A DNA stretch of 64,000 nucleotides from a virus (IMGVR_UViG_3300024279_000007:676-64675), one strand, 5' to 3'; shown: positions 37,660-47,230, numbered from the stretch's first letter. Notes: a model not told the origin generated them from the sequence alone. Program-made: numbers and translations.

Positions 37660-37718
37660 GATGTTCTCCTGTTCAGGGGAGTGAGAAAGACACAGCACCC
37701 TGTCACGGTGCTGTAGCG
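37655..37718 (-). repeat. 64-bp hairpin-RBS unit, copy 1
   Basis: Identical to 38153-38216. Confidence 0.95.
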
Positions 37719-37995
37719 TGTCACTCGTCTTCCAGAACCTCTACAACGAATAGCACGGGGTTTGCTGCATCGGTATCATGTGATGCCGCTTCCAGTGCCA
37801 TTGGCAGATACATCAGGTGCTTCCATACGCTGAAGTCAGCGCGAAGCACCTTGTACGTTTTCATGATGTTCTCCTAGTAAAGCCCCGCAATGATGTAGAT
37901 GGCGCAAACCCTTGCACTGCGCCGATGCTGTTCAGCCCATTTGTGATCGGACTGGGCCAGCATCAGATAGGTGAGTAGCACTTTCGCGTAGGTAC

Positions 37996-38157
37996 TCATG
38001 CTGGCTTAACCGAAGTCACTGCGCCAATCACCTGATAGTTTTCAAGCGCAAACTCGACTGCCTTGTCCCGTGCTTCTTCAGCATTGCTTGCGTCCACCTG
38101 CAATAGCTGACAGTCAGACTGGTCGATTGCGTCAAAGCGGACGATGTATGAAGCCAT
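37996..38157 (-). CDS. Early small hypothetical protein
   Basis: ATG lies inside the repeat unit. Confidence 0.65.
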   Translation of the reverse strand: MASYIVRFDAIDQSDCQLLQVDASNAEEARDKAVEFALENYQVIGAVTSVKPA

Positions 38158-38216
38158 GATGTTCTCCTGTTCAGGGGAGTGAGAAAGACACAGCACCCTG
38201 TCACGGTGCTGTAGCG
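38153..38216 (-). repeat. 64-bp hairpin-RBS unit, copy 2
   Basis: Identical to 37655-37718. Confidence 0.95.
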
Positions 38217-38361
38217 CTTCACTCGCTACCAGCGAGCAAGATGGTAGGTGAAATAGATATAGCTACCATTCTGCCGCTGGACCTTACGGGTGTGGGGATG
38301 CGTCAGGCCACCTAACGTACAGAAGTACAGATACGTGATCTGGTTTGCAGACGTGCAGGGT

Positions 38362-38682
38362 TCAGTGCGCATGGTCGTCTACCGCTATTCCCAGACGGGC
38401 CTTGAAACGGTCATACGGGCGAAACTCGGCATTGCCATCACTGTCCTGCGTGAAGTAGCCACCGATGTAGTGGCCACGGTAACGGGTGCAGGCAGGGACG
38501 CTGAAGAAGGTGTCAGCGTAGCCTGTGGCGTAGCAGGTGAGCGTGAGACCGGGAACGCCAGCCACTGGACACTTCTGGACCTTCGCCCACGGACCCAGAC
38601 AGTCCATCGGACCGCCCGGTCTCCAGCCGATTGCGCCATTGGCAAAGACGAAGGATTCGCGCGCTGCAAATTTCTGGCACAT
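38362..38682 (-). CDS. Early hypothetical protein
   Basis: Shared CTGAACAGGAGAACATCATG initiation module. Confidence 0.7.
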   Translation of the reverse strand: MCQKFAARESFVFANGAIGWRPGGPMDCLGPWAKVQKCPVAGVPGLTLTCYATGYADTFFSVPACTRYRGHYIGGYFTQDSDGNAEFRPYDRFKARLGIAVDDHAH

Positions 38683-38695
38683 GATGTTCTCCTGT

Positions 38696-38890
38696 TCAGG
38701 TGAGTGAATGCCATTCATACGAGGCATACTGTTTGTTGTCCAGCAAGATGAAGACGGTGTGAGTCGGACCCATTACATCGTGCAGATAGGATGCAATGCC
38801 GTGCGCACGGTTCACGCTGTCCGTTTCTTCGGTGCGGAACATCAGTCCGCCCCTTCTCCACACTTCAACCTGATAAGTCTTTGAAGCCAT
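38696..38890 (-). CDS. Early small hypothetical protein
   Basis: Preceded by a hairpin-RBS unit variant. Confidence 0.7.
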   Translation of the reverse strand: MASKTYQVEVWRRGGLMFRTEETDSVNRAHGIASYLHDVMGPTHTVFILLDNKQYASYEWHSLT

Positions 38891-38954
38891 GATGAAACTC
38901 CTACGGGTGAGAGAGTCAAAGCGGACTCCGGAGAATCCGCTTTAGCGCGTCACC

Positions 38955-39935
38955 TTATACAGTCAGCAATTCGAGCATTTTGGTTTTGGCCTTGTCGCCA
39001 TCACCGAACCATGCGCTGGACAGACGGTTTTCAGCCGACTGGGCACGGACATGGTAATCGTAGTATTCCGTGACAGCGTTCAGCAAACCCCAACGCGTGC
39101 CCTTCACACCGTCCATGTTTGCGCCTTTGCCTTCTCCGTTAAACAGCGCCATGATGGTTTTGAAGCCACGCGTATCACGCACATCGGACACTTCTTCAGC
39201 AGTAGCCTTTTCCCAGTCCTTGTCGGACAGCAGTTCAAAGACGTACTGTTCAGATGCTTCAATCCCGCACGACTCCATTGCCAGCAACTTCATCTGGTGT
39301 GCCCATGCGGTAAAGCCATCGCGTTCAATGCCAAGCTGGTCCTTCATCTTGTTCGCATCAAACTTCGAACGATGCGACAGCTTGATTTCATGCTTTGCCT
39401 TGCCAGACAGCGCCATCGAGAGGGTGTTATTGCACACAACCCGAATGGTAGTCATCCGGCCAGACGTGGCCAGCGAGCCATCGGCAGACGTGGACAGCAG
39501 CAGATACCCGCCAACCATGTCAGCAGCAGACTTGATGACTGCCGTTTTGCCGATGTGAGCCAGTGCCCAGAAACGCCTGCCGCCGAACATCGTGCCAGCC
39601 GTTTCCATCGTGAACCCTGCGCATTCCGTCAGATCGCGGAAAAACTCCATGCAGTCACGGGGCTGGACAATCTGGTACCGGTCGGAGACGATGCCAAGGT
39701 GGTTTTTGTTGTCCGACCTGAACAGCACGTGCTGGTCATCAATGATGCGCTGGTTCGGGCCTTCGCCATAGCGAACGCGTGAACGGTTGATTTTCCAGTC
39801 CATCCCTGCTGCGACGATCCACTGGTCCAACGTCGTATCTGTTTCGAGACGCTGGCCTAGGCCGTGCCAAGGCGTGTCGCCAACATAAGCCATTTCGAAG
39901 GTGCCGTTAGCGCGCTGGGTAAGTTCGTGAGCCAT
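38955..39935 (-). CDS. DUF932 family (phage/plasmid-like) protein
   Basis: MAYVGDTPWHGLG, GIVSDRYQIVQP, GGRRFWALA, YLLLSTSADGS, T.IRVVCNNTL, WGLLNAVTEY. Confidence 0.9.
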   Translation of the reverse strand: MAHELTQRANGTFEMAYVGDTPWHGLGQRLETDTTLDQWIVAAGMDWKINRSRVRYGEGPNQRIIDDQHVLFRSDNKNHLGIVSDRYQIVQPRDCMEFFRDLTECAGFTMETAGTMFGGRRFWALAHIGKTAVIKSAADMVGGYLLLSTSADGSLATSGRMTTIRVVCNNTLSMALSGKAKHEIKLSHRSKFDANKMKDQLGIERDGFTAWAHQMKLLAMESCGIEASEQYVFELLSDKDWEKATAEEVSDVRDTRGFKTIMALFNGEGKGANMDGVKGTRWGLLNAVTEYYDYHVRAQSAENRLSSAWFGDGDKAKTKMLELLTV

Positions 39936-40008
39936 GATAAAACTCCTGAGTGGGTACTGCGGGTGAGAGAACACAAGCGGACTGGACAAGGCAATCCGCT
40001 TGTATGCG

Positions 40009-40326
40009 TCACCGGCGATCTGCGACAGGCTGGTCGTTCAGGTAGACCACGTGATTTTTCGAGTAGACGTTCGCACCAAGGGCACGCAGACGGCTAATGG
40101 TGGTGTTGGTCGGCCAGTTACGCAGGGTTTCTTCAATCACCTGCAACTCCATCTTGTCGTGCCGTACCTGCTGAAGGTTGGCAATGTGATGGCCATGCAG
40201 GTAGACGCGGGACACAGGCAGATCGTTTGCCTGATTCGTGCAGGCCTTCACTTCCGTGTTGCTGTGGTGCCAGTCACGAACGTGAAGTGCTGCATCCAGC
40301 ATCTGCTGTTCAATTTTGCGGGCCAT
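40009..40326 (-). CDS. Early hypothetical protein
   Basis: Shared initiation module; VYLHGHHIA, TTISRLRALG. Confidence 0.7.
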   Translation of the reverse strand: MARKIEQQMLDAALHVRDWHHSNTEVKACTNQANDLPVSRVYLHGHHIANLQQVRHDKMELQVIEETLRNWPTNTTISRLRALGANVYSKNHVVYLNDQPVADRR

Positions 40327-40339
40327 GATGTTCTCCTGT

Positions 40340-40408
40340 TCAGGCGAAGGGGTGGATGATCGAGATAACGACAGGGATGAAGATGATCAGCAAGAGAGCG
40401 AGTTTCAT
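40340..40408 (-). CDS. 22-aa hydrophobic peptide, first ORF of the early transcript
   Basis: GGAG RBS; MKLALLLIIFIPVVISIIHPFA. Confidence 0.5.
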   Translation of the reverse strand: MKLALLLIIFIPVVISIIHPFA

Positions 40409-40420
40409 TTTGTGTTTCTC

Positions 40421-40630
40421 CGGTGGCAGAACGAAGCACACTGAACAGTGCGCTTTGGTCTGCCGGACGCTGGCAGGCTTGGATGCCATGCGTCCGGTGC
40501 ACCTCGCGGTGGACTTCGCACTCGTCTGAGTTGTCACCTCAGAGTCCTAGCGGTCTCTGGTTGGGGTGTGGCTTCATCAGCCCTAGCTTTCCCTTCCCAG
40601 CTACTCGGTCGATCCCTCGACCTTGGACTC
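40421..40630 (-). ncRNA. Highly structured ~210 nt early 5' leader / small RNA candidate
   Basis: Chain of stems with GNRA loops from the predicted +1 to the first RBS. Confidence 0.55.
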
Positions 40631-40631
40631 A

Positions 40632-40660
40632 ATTATAGGACACAGCACTGTCAATGTCAA
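40632..40660 (-). promoter_or_regulatory. Perfect-consensus sigma70 early promoter TTGACA-17-TATAAT
   Basis: -35 at 40655-40660, -10 at 40632-40637. Confidence 0.95.
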
Positions 40661-40805
40661 ATAGGTGTTTACCCTAATGCCCTGTCTACCGCAGCACAAG
40701 GGCCTCACCTGTCTGAAAATTTTTTGCTATGCTTCGTCCGGGCCATTGCGTCCACATCAATCCGAACCCAGCCATGCGCTGGGTTTTTTGTTTCTGGAGC
40801 CACCT

Positions 40806-41207
40806 GTGAGCACAACAGTTGAAATCACGCTAGGCGACGATGGAAAGATCAGTGTCGGGTTGACCGATGCGCCGTCCAGCGTGCCTGAAGACATGCAGCC
40901 CGCCAGTTCACTGGCCGATGCCCTGCAAATGGCCAGGCACATTCTGAGTAACCCGCAGGCAGCGCAGCAGGAAGAAGCCAGCGAGCCACCTGACGGTGAC
41001 GATGACACAGCACTGTCTGGTAGTGCTGCTGCGACTGCCGGGTCAGGCGGCACGCCTAACGGCAAGGGTGGCGGCACGGGTCCGGACCAGTCTGGCCCAG
41101 CCGTGGCAGATGACACACAGGGTCCGGGTGCAGCCACTGGCAATAACGGACAGGACGCGAAAGCGATCTGGGATGCACTGGCAAACATGAATCTGCCGCA
41201 GCACTGA
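40806..41207 (+). CDS. Acidic low-complexity hypothetical protein
   Basis: GGAG RBS + GTG; first gene of the late strand. Confidence 0.65.
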   Translation: MSTTVEITLGDDGKISVGLTDAPSSVPEDMQPASSLADALQMARHILSNPQAAQQEEASEPPDGDDDTALSGSAAATAGSGGTPNGKGGGTGPDQSGPAVADDTQGPGAATGNNGQDAKAIWDALANMNLPQH

Positions 41208-41265
41208 ACAGTAACAGGCTGAATCACTGTTCAGTGTCGATCTGAACAGCGGTGGCATTTAATCA

Positions 41266-42102
41266 GTGATTCAGGGGGCTTCGATGCTAAACGGTATCAC
41301 GCGCACACATAAGAAGGCGTTCAGCGACATGCTGGACAAGCCTGAACCGGTCAAGTCCAGTCGCTGGGCTGCAATGATGGCTGATCCGGTTGAAAAGCTG
41401 AACACGCAAAAGGAATCGGTTTCCTCAAGCTCCCCTGAACAGGGGAACGCTGAACAGGCAGAAAACGCAGCACTTCTCAGATTGGCCGGTGGCGACCATG
41501 AGAAGGTGGCCATGTTAAAGAAGGCCATTGAAGCACAGGCAGCAGAGCGCTATGCCGGTGCCGTGGCACTTGACCACGCGATGAACGCAGTACTGCGCCG
41601 ACGTGAGGGACAACTGGAGAAGCTGACGCCTGAGTACGTGAAGATGCGTCAGGGCATCAAGTGCACTCCTGAGTTACTGGACAGCATACTCGCTGAAGTG
41701 GCTGAAGGCGTGAGCATCTATCGCATATGCAAGCGTGATGACATGCCAACGCCGTCTGCCGTGAACCAGATGCTGAACAGTGCTGACTGGCTCGCGAAGT
41801 ACCAGACCGCACTGCTGCGCCGTGCTGACAAACATGTAGACGAGATAGCCGATGCGTCGCGTGAACTGACGGCAGCAGTGGCGGCAGGTGCATCGTCTGA
41901 AGTGGTGAACGCCATCAAGGTGCACATCAATACGCTGCAATGGGTAGCAGCCCGGATCAATCCGAAGTACAGCGACAAACAGACCATTGACCTGAATGCG
42001 ACAGTGAAGATGACTGAATCACAGGTTGACCAGCGTCTTCGTGCTCTGCTGGGCAAGGCCGGTGTAACACTGGGAGAAGGTGATGCAGCTTCGTCCACCT
42101 GA
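41266..42102 (+). CDS. terS: Terminase small subunit with long N-terminal extension
   Basis: LLDSILAEVAEGVSIYRICKRDDMP...YQTALLRRAD...QWVAARINPKYSDK (Sf6/P22-type); upstream of terL. Confidence 0.8.
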   Translation: MIQGASMLNGITRTHKKAFSDMLDKPEPVKSSRWAAMMADPVEKLNTQKESVSSSSPEQGNAEQAENAALLRLAGGDHEKVAMLKKAIEAQAAERYAGAVALDHAMNAVLRRREGQLEKLTPEYVKMRQGIKCTPELLDSILAEVAEGVSIYRICKRDDMPTPSAVNQMLNSADWLAKYQTALLRRADKHVDEIADASRELTAAVAAGASSEVVNAIKVHINTLQWVAARINPKYSDKQTIDLNATVKMTESQVDQRLRALLGKAGVTLGEGDAASST

Positions 42103-43594
42103 ACAGCCAGCGCAGCACATCAGCCAGTCAGTGCTGGACAGTATTGATTACAGCCAGATTGATCTGGGCCGTCTGACGCTGGGTGAGAAGCAGGAGTTAC
42201 TGGACCTTCTTGAACTGAAGGCCAACCTGAACGAAGGCAACCTGCTTCGTGAGTACCGGCCTTACCCGAAACAGCGAGACTTCCATAACGCTGGCTCACT
42301 TGACGGCATCTTCGAACGCCTGCTACGTGCCGGTAATCAGGTGGGCAAGACATGGAGCGCAGGCTTTGAGACGGCCATGCACCTGACAGGGCGTTACCCT
42401 GACTGGTGGAAAGGCAAGCGCTTTGAGCATCCCACTATCGGCTGGGTCGCTGGTGTGACGGGTGAATCAACGCGTGACAACCCACAGCGTATTCTGGTCG
42501 GTCGTGTGGGCAAGTGGGGCACCGGTGCGATCCCTGCTGAGTGCATCGTCAAGATACAGCGCAAGTCACACGGCATCGCGGACTCAATCGACTATGTTCA
42601 GGTGGCGCATGAGTCAGGCGGCATCAGTACCGTCTACTTCAAGTCCTATGAACAGGGACGCGACAAGTTCCAAGGTGAGACGCTGGACTTTGTGTGGTTC
42701 GATGAAGAACCGGATGAAGACGTGTATAGCGAAGGCAAGACACGGACACAGGCCGGTGATAACGGCAATGGTGGCATCGTCTACATGACGTTCACGCCAC
42801 TGCTGGGTATGTCCAACGTGGTCAAGCGCTACCTGATCGACAAGGCACCCGGCACGCACGACACGAACATGACGATCAGCGACGCGCTTCACTACACTGA
42901 GGCACGGCGTCAGCAGATCATCGCAGGCTACCTGCCCCATGAACGTGAAGCACGGGCCAAGGGTATCCCTGTGCTGGGCAGCGGTCGTGTCTATCCGGTG
43001 GTTGAATCAATGATCACTGAACAGGCGTTCCGTATCCCGCACCACTGGCCACGTATCTGTGGCGTTGACTTCGGCTGGGATCACCCTGCCGCTGGTGTGT
43101 GGATGGCATGGGACCGCGACACCGACACGGTTCACCTGTATGACTGCTACCGTCAATCTGAACAGTCAGCGATCTTTCACGGCGCGATCATCAAGGCCAA
43201 AGGCCCGTGGATACCTGTGGCATGGCCACACGATGGCATGCAGCACGGCAAGTCAGACGGGGCCGAACTCGCTGCGTCATATCGCAAGTACGGCGCGAAC
43301 ATGCGGGAGAAGCACGCCAGCCACCCTGAACACGGCAACTCACTGGAAGCCACAGTCGGCATGGTGCTGGAGCGCATGCAGACCGGACGCCTGAAGGTGG
43401 CCAGCCATCTGGTGGAGTGGTTTGAGGAATTCCGTCTGTATCACCGGGAGAAAGGGCTGATCGTCAAGGCCAATGATGACTTGCTCAGTGCAATGCGGTA
43501 CGGCCTGATGGACTTGGAGCACGCTGCCACACCAGCACCTGAACAGAACTACATTCCCTCATTCGGCGTGATCGACAACGAGACGGGGTACTGA
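42080..43594 (+). CDS. terL: Terminase large subunit
   Basis: RAGNQVGKT Walker A, FQGETLDFVWFDEEP Walker B, GVDFGWDHP, DDLLSAMRY nuclease motifs. Confidence 0.95.
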   Translation: MMQLRPPEQPAQHISQSVLDSIDYSQIDLGRLTLGEKQELLDLLELKANLNEGNLLREYRPYPKQRDFHNAGSLDGIFERLLRAGNQVGKTWSAGFETAMHLTGRYPDWWKGKRFEHPTIGWVAGVTGESTRDNPQRILVGRVGKWGTGAIPAECIVKIQRKSHGIADSIDYVQVAHESGGISTVYFKSYEQGRDKFQGETLDFVWFDEEPDEDVYSEGKTRTQAGDNGNGGIVYMTFTPLLGMSNVVKRYLIDKAPGTHDTNMTISDALHYTEARRQQIIAGYLPHEREARAKGIPVLGSGRVYPVVESMITEQAFRIPHHWPRICGVDFGWDHPAAGVWMAWDRDTDTVHLYDCYRQSEQSAIFHGAIIKAKGPWIPVAWPHDGMQHGKSDGAELAASYRKYGANMREKHASHPEHGNSLEATVGMVLERMQTGRLKVASHLVEWFEEFRLYHREKGLIVKANDDLLSAMRYGLMDLEHAATPAPEQNYIPSFGVIDNETGY

Positions 43595-43595
43595 C

Positions 43596-43790
43596 ATGGA
43601 AGACTGGCAGCAGCGTGTGAAAGACGAGCATGCAGACCTGACCGTGAAGCTGCACAAACTGAAAGCGTTCCTGTGTGGCAAGGGCGTTGAAGCGCTGACG
43701 CCACGAACCAAGCGCCTGATGATCAAACAGCGCGATGCAATGGAAGACTATTGCTGGGTGCTGGCCGAACGTATCAAGGACTTCACATGA
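43596..43790 (+). CDS. Small coiled-coil phage protein
   Basis: WQQRV..E...L..KL.KL.AFL pattern common in phage genomes. Confidence 0.7.
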   Translation: MEDWQQRVKDEHADLTVKLHKLKAFLCGKGVEALTPRTKRLMIKQRDAMEDYCWVLAERIKDFT

Positions 43791-44371
43791 ACAACATAAG
43801 ATTCATTCTCTCTGATCTGCCTGTCCAGCCGTTACTCGCTGCAATAGATGAAGCATGGTGGGATGAAATCACCATACGGCAGAGCTATCCCGGTTCGCAC
43901 CACAGGGATACACAGTGCATCTTCCTGCGTGGACCGCGCACCTTCCTGAACTTCTTCGACACCACAGCGCAGGACTATCCGCGTCTGGGCGAACTGATGC
44001 CGGTGCTGATGCCGGTCGTGGCACCGCTGCTGAACAAGCTGGGCACGCCACAGGATGCCATCGGTCGTGTGATGCTGGTCAAGCTGCGACCACATGGCCA
44101 TGTCCAGACCCACACCGATACCGGACCGTATGCCGATGCGTTCACGCGCCATCACATCGTGCTGTCCAGCAATGTGGGATGCCGGTACACCTGTGGCGAC
44201 ACGATGGAGCGCGACATATACGCAGGCACCGCCTTCTGGTTCGATCATCACAAACCCCATTCAGCCGATAACCACGGGCCAACGGATCGCGTTCACCTGA
44301 TTGTGGACACGCTGGCGGCAACGTCAGCCGATCCCACGGTCAACTGGAGCGAACTGTGTCCGAAGCACTAA
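43787..44371 (+). CDS. Aspartyl/asparaginyl beta-hydroxylase-like 2OG-Fe(II) oxygenase
   Basis: RVMLVKL.PHGHVQTHTD (HxD), RHHIVL, FWFDHHKPHSADN...DRVHLIVD. Confidence 0.85.
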   Translation: MNNIRFILSDLPVQPLLAAIDEAWWDEITIRQSYPGSHHRDTQCIFLRGPRTFLNFFDTTAQDYPRLGELMPVLMPVVAPLLNKLGTPQDAIGRVMLVKLRPHGHVQTHTDTGPYADAFTRHHIVLSSNVGCRYTCGDTMERDIYAGTAFWFDHHKPHSADNHGPTDRVHLIVDTLAATSADPTVNWSELCPKH

Positions 44372-44685
44372 CCGAAGCACTGGCCCGCCAGCTACAGGCG
44401 CTGCGACAGCCGACCGTCTCACGTGGCCGCACAGTTGTCACGCTAGGCCCGTGGACCAACGGCCACGATGAACAGGTGGCCATCGTCACTCATGTGTATG
44501 GCTGTGGCCTGCCGGGTGATCTGGTGAACCTGCATGTCTTCGTTGATCTGGCGGAAACGCTGATCGCGAGTGAGGTTCCGTGGTATCCGACACGTGCTGA
44601 TGCTGAACAGGCACTGGCCGCGAATGCAGAGAAAGCCAACATCACAGGCGGCGCGGTGTGCTGCTACTTTCCTGACAGGGTGTGA
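44356..44685 (+). CDS. Hypothetical protein
   Basis: GR.V...AIVTHV...VNLHVF.D pattern; coupled to the portal gene. Confidence 0.6.
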   Translation: MSEALTEALARQLQALRQPTVSRGRTVVTLGPWTNGHDEQVAIVTHVYGCGLPGDLVNLHVFVDLAETLIASEVPWYPTRADAEQALAANAEKANITGGAVCCYFPDRV

Positions 44686-47030
44686 ACATGCAAGGCGAAA
44701 CCCTTGATCCCGTGGCCAAAACCACAAACTTTGCTGAAGTGGAGTCGCAGCTAGAACGACTGCAACTGTTCAGCGCCATTCTGGTCAAGCGTCGCAACGA
44801 AGCACTTGACGCACGCGCCGCGTCCGGCACCGAACGCCGCTGGCTGGACGACCTCGACAGCTATCAGGGACGCGATGCCAGCACGCGCCGCGTGGACCTG
44901 ATGGACACGGTAAGCGGCACGCAGGTGGCGCAGCGTCGCACGGCAGGCGATACCACGACCGGCAAGCGCTCCACTGTCTTTGTCCAGTTGACGCGGCAGA
45001 AGACCAACGCCTGTGCGGCACGCGCCGCCGACATGCTGTTCCCGACAGACGACAAGAACTGGGGCATCAAGCCCACTCCTGTCCCTGAACTCATGGAAGC
45101 GCTGAAAAATGGACGGAACCAGCCTTACATTGACCCACAGACTGGCCAGCCCCTGCCGCATCCGGACCCTGAACAGCAGCAGCCTGCTCCGGATGGCAGC
45201 ACACCAGCGCCGGGTGCGGGTCAGGTCGTTACCTATGCCGACCTCGCTGCTGAACAGATGCAGATCGCGCAGCAGAAAGCCACTGCGATGGAGCGTGAGA
45301 TTGATGACCAGCTAACCGAATGCAGCTACAACGGTGAAGGCCGCAAGGTGTTGCAGGACGCGGCGAAGCTGGGCACGGGTGTGCTGAAGGGTCCGACTGT
45401 CCACAACGTTATCAAGAAGAAGTGGACGAAGAAGTCAGGTGCTGTGCACATGCTGGACATGGTGCAGGAAGTCAAGCCACAGACGTACCGTGTCGATCCG
45501 TGGAACTTCTACCCGGACCCGACCTGTGGCGACGATCACCAGAACGGCGCATACGTATTCGAGCGTGAGTTCCTGCCCGGTCGTTCACTGGCCAAGTATG
45601 CGAAGGTGCCGGGTTACAACTGGCAGGCGATTGCGCTGTGCCTCGCTGAAGGCCCGCAGCACGTACACCAGTCGGGCACCTACACGGACAACGTGCGTGC
45701 CGGTGAACTGGCCTACAACCAAGGCAACTATCAGGACAAGCGCTATGAACTGTGGACGTACACGGGTGACGTGGACCGTGACGACCTCGAAACGCTGGGC
45801 CTGTGCCCGCCTGAAGACGCGGCAACGTGGCTGGTGACGTTCAGTGCAGTCATCGTGATGTGCAACAACCGCATCATCAAGGCCATGCTGAACCCGCTGG
45901 ACACGGGTGACTTCCCGTATGACGTGTTCCACTGGGAGCGTGTGGACCTTTCGCCGTTCGGTGTCGGCGTGCCGTATCTGATGCGCTATGCACAGCGCAC
46001 CCTGAACAGCGCATGGCGGGCGATGCTCGACAACATGGCGCTGTCCAGCGGGCCACAGATCATCATGAACCGCAAGGCCGTGGTACCAGCCGATGGTAAC
46101 TGGGAACTGACGGCGCGCAAGCTGTGGTTCATGCAGGGCGACGCGGACGACGTGCAGAAGGCGTTCTGGGTATTCGAAGTCGCATCGCACCAGCAGGAGA
46201 TAGCGGCAATCATTGACCTCGCGCAGAAGTTCGCGGACGAGGAAACCAGCCTGCCACAGATCGCACAGGGTGAACAGGGCACGGCACCGGACACGGTGGG
46301 CGGCATGTCCATCCTGATGAACAGTGCGAACACGGTGCTGCGCCGGATCGTCAAGCAGTATGACGATGAAGTCACGCGTCCGCATATCCGTCGCTACTAC
46401 GACTGGAACATGCAGTACAGCGAGAAGGAGGAAATCAAGGGCGACTTCGAAATCGACGCCCGTGGTTCTTCTGTGCTTATTGTGCGTGACCAGATGGCGC
46501 AGGGTCTGGTGAACGTGGCCAACATGGCGAAAGACCCGGACTACGCGATCTTTGTGGACAAGCAGAAGCTGTTCCGCAAGATGGTGGAGGCCCAGCACAT
46601 CACACCTGACGACGTGATGAACACGCCTGAACAGATCAGCGCCAATCTCGACGCACAGAAGAACGCGCCGCCGCCGACTGATCCGCGCATTGAATCGGCC
46701 AACGTCAAGGCACAGAGCGACCAGAACATCGCGAAGCTGCGTGCCGACAGTGAACAGTCCTTCAGCGAGAAGCAGTTGCAGATCGCACGCGACAGCCATG
46801 CAGCGGAAATCTCCAAGCTGCAACTCCAGCGTGAACTGGCCATTCTCGAATACGCCAACCAGCAGAAAATGCAACTGACGGATATCAAGGCAGAGCTTCT
46901 GCAACTCGCCATGAAGCAGGGCCATGATTCTGTCCAGTCGCAGGCAGAGCGTATGACGCAGGCGGCACAGCAGAAGGGCAACCCGGCTGACGCTACCCCG
47001 CAACTTGACGCAACTGAGGCTTACGTATGA
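44682..47030 (+). CDS. Portal protein (podovirus type)
   Basis: 782 aa after terL; C-terminal coiled-coil barrel; GDFEIDARGSS. Confidence 0.9.
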   Translation: MNMQGETLDPVAKTTNFAEVESQLERLQLFSAILVKRRNEALDARAASGTERRWLDDLDSYQGRDASTRRVDLMDTVSGTQVAQRRTAGDTTTGKRSTVFVQLTRQKTNACAARAADMLFPTDDKNWGIKPTPVPELMEALKNGRNQPYIDPQTGQPLPHPDPEQQQPAPDGSTPAPGAGQVVTYADLAAEQMQIAQQKATAMEREIDDQLTECSYNGEGRKVLQDAAKLGTGVLKGPTVHNVIKKKWTKKSGAVHMLDMVQEVKPQTYRVDPWNFYPDPTCGDDHQNGAYVFEREFLPGRSLAKYAKVPGYNWQAIALCLAEGPQHVHQSGTYTDNVRAGELAYNQGNYQDKRYELWTYTGDVDRDDLETLGLCPPEDAATWLVTFSAVIVMCNNRIIKAMLNPLDTGDFPYDVFHWERVDLSPFGVGVPYLMRYAQRTLNSAWRAMLDNMALSSGPQIIMNRKAVVPADGNWELTARKLWFMQGDADDVQKAFWVFEVASHQQEIAAIIDLAQKFADEETSLPQIAQGEQGTAPDTVGGMSILMNSANTVLRRIVKQYDDEVTRPHIRRYYDWNMQYSEKEEIKGDFEIDARGSSVLIVRDQMAQGLVNVANMAKDPDYAIFVDKQKLFRKMVEAQHITPDDVMNTPEQISANLDAQKNAPPPTDPRIESANVKAQSDQNIAKLRADSEQSFSEKQLQIARDSHAAEISKLQLQRELAILEYANQQKMQLTDIKAELLQLAMKQGHDSVQSQAERMTQAAQQKGNPADATPQLDATEAYV

Positions 47031-47230
47031 GTTCAATCAACGCAGTGACCTACGTACTGGACAGCGGTGGCGTGCCGTTCAGTCCCGAATCGTGTGCGCA
47101 TGTCTACGGCTACACCGGCAGTGACATGACAAGCGACACGGCAACAGACGCACAGGGCATCGTGCGCAAGAAGACCTACGTGTACGCGGCTGGGATCATC
47201 CAGTCCGAAACCGCGTGGGTCCGGCAGTAA
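47027..47230 (+). CDS. Small hypothetical protein opening the enzyme insert
   Basis: ATGA-coupled to the portal gene; KKTYVY...SETAW tail. Confidence 0.7.
   Translation: MSSINAVTYVLDSGGVPFSPESCAHVYGYTGSDMTSDTATDAQGIVRKKTYVYAAGIIQSETAWVRQ

Noticed and set aside
37655-38216. 64-bp direct repeats as CRISPR repeats or att sites
   Set aside because: Only two exact copies, ~430 bp apart, each containing RBS and ATG; no cas genes or integrase
40561-40600. CUGAUGA in the early leader suggesting a hammerhead ribozyme
   Set aside because: No GAAA with stems II/III in a compatible order; CUGAUGA lies in a simple hairpin
41204-41249. Octamer halves CTGT/ACAG as LexA boxes or Chi sites
   Set aside because: No CTGT-N8-ACAG spacing at the promoters checked; no obvious strand polarity as Chi would show
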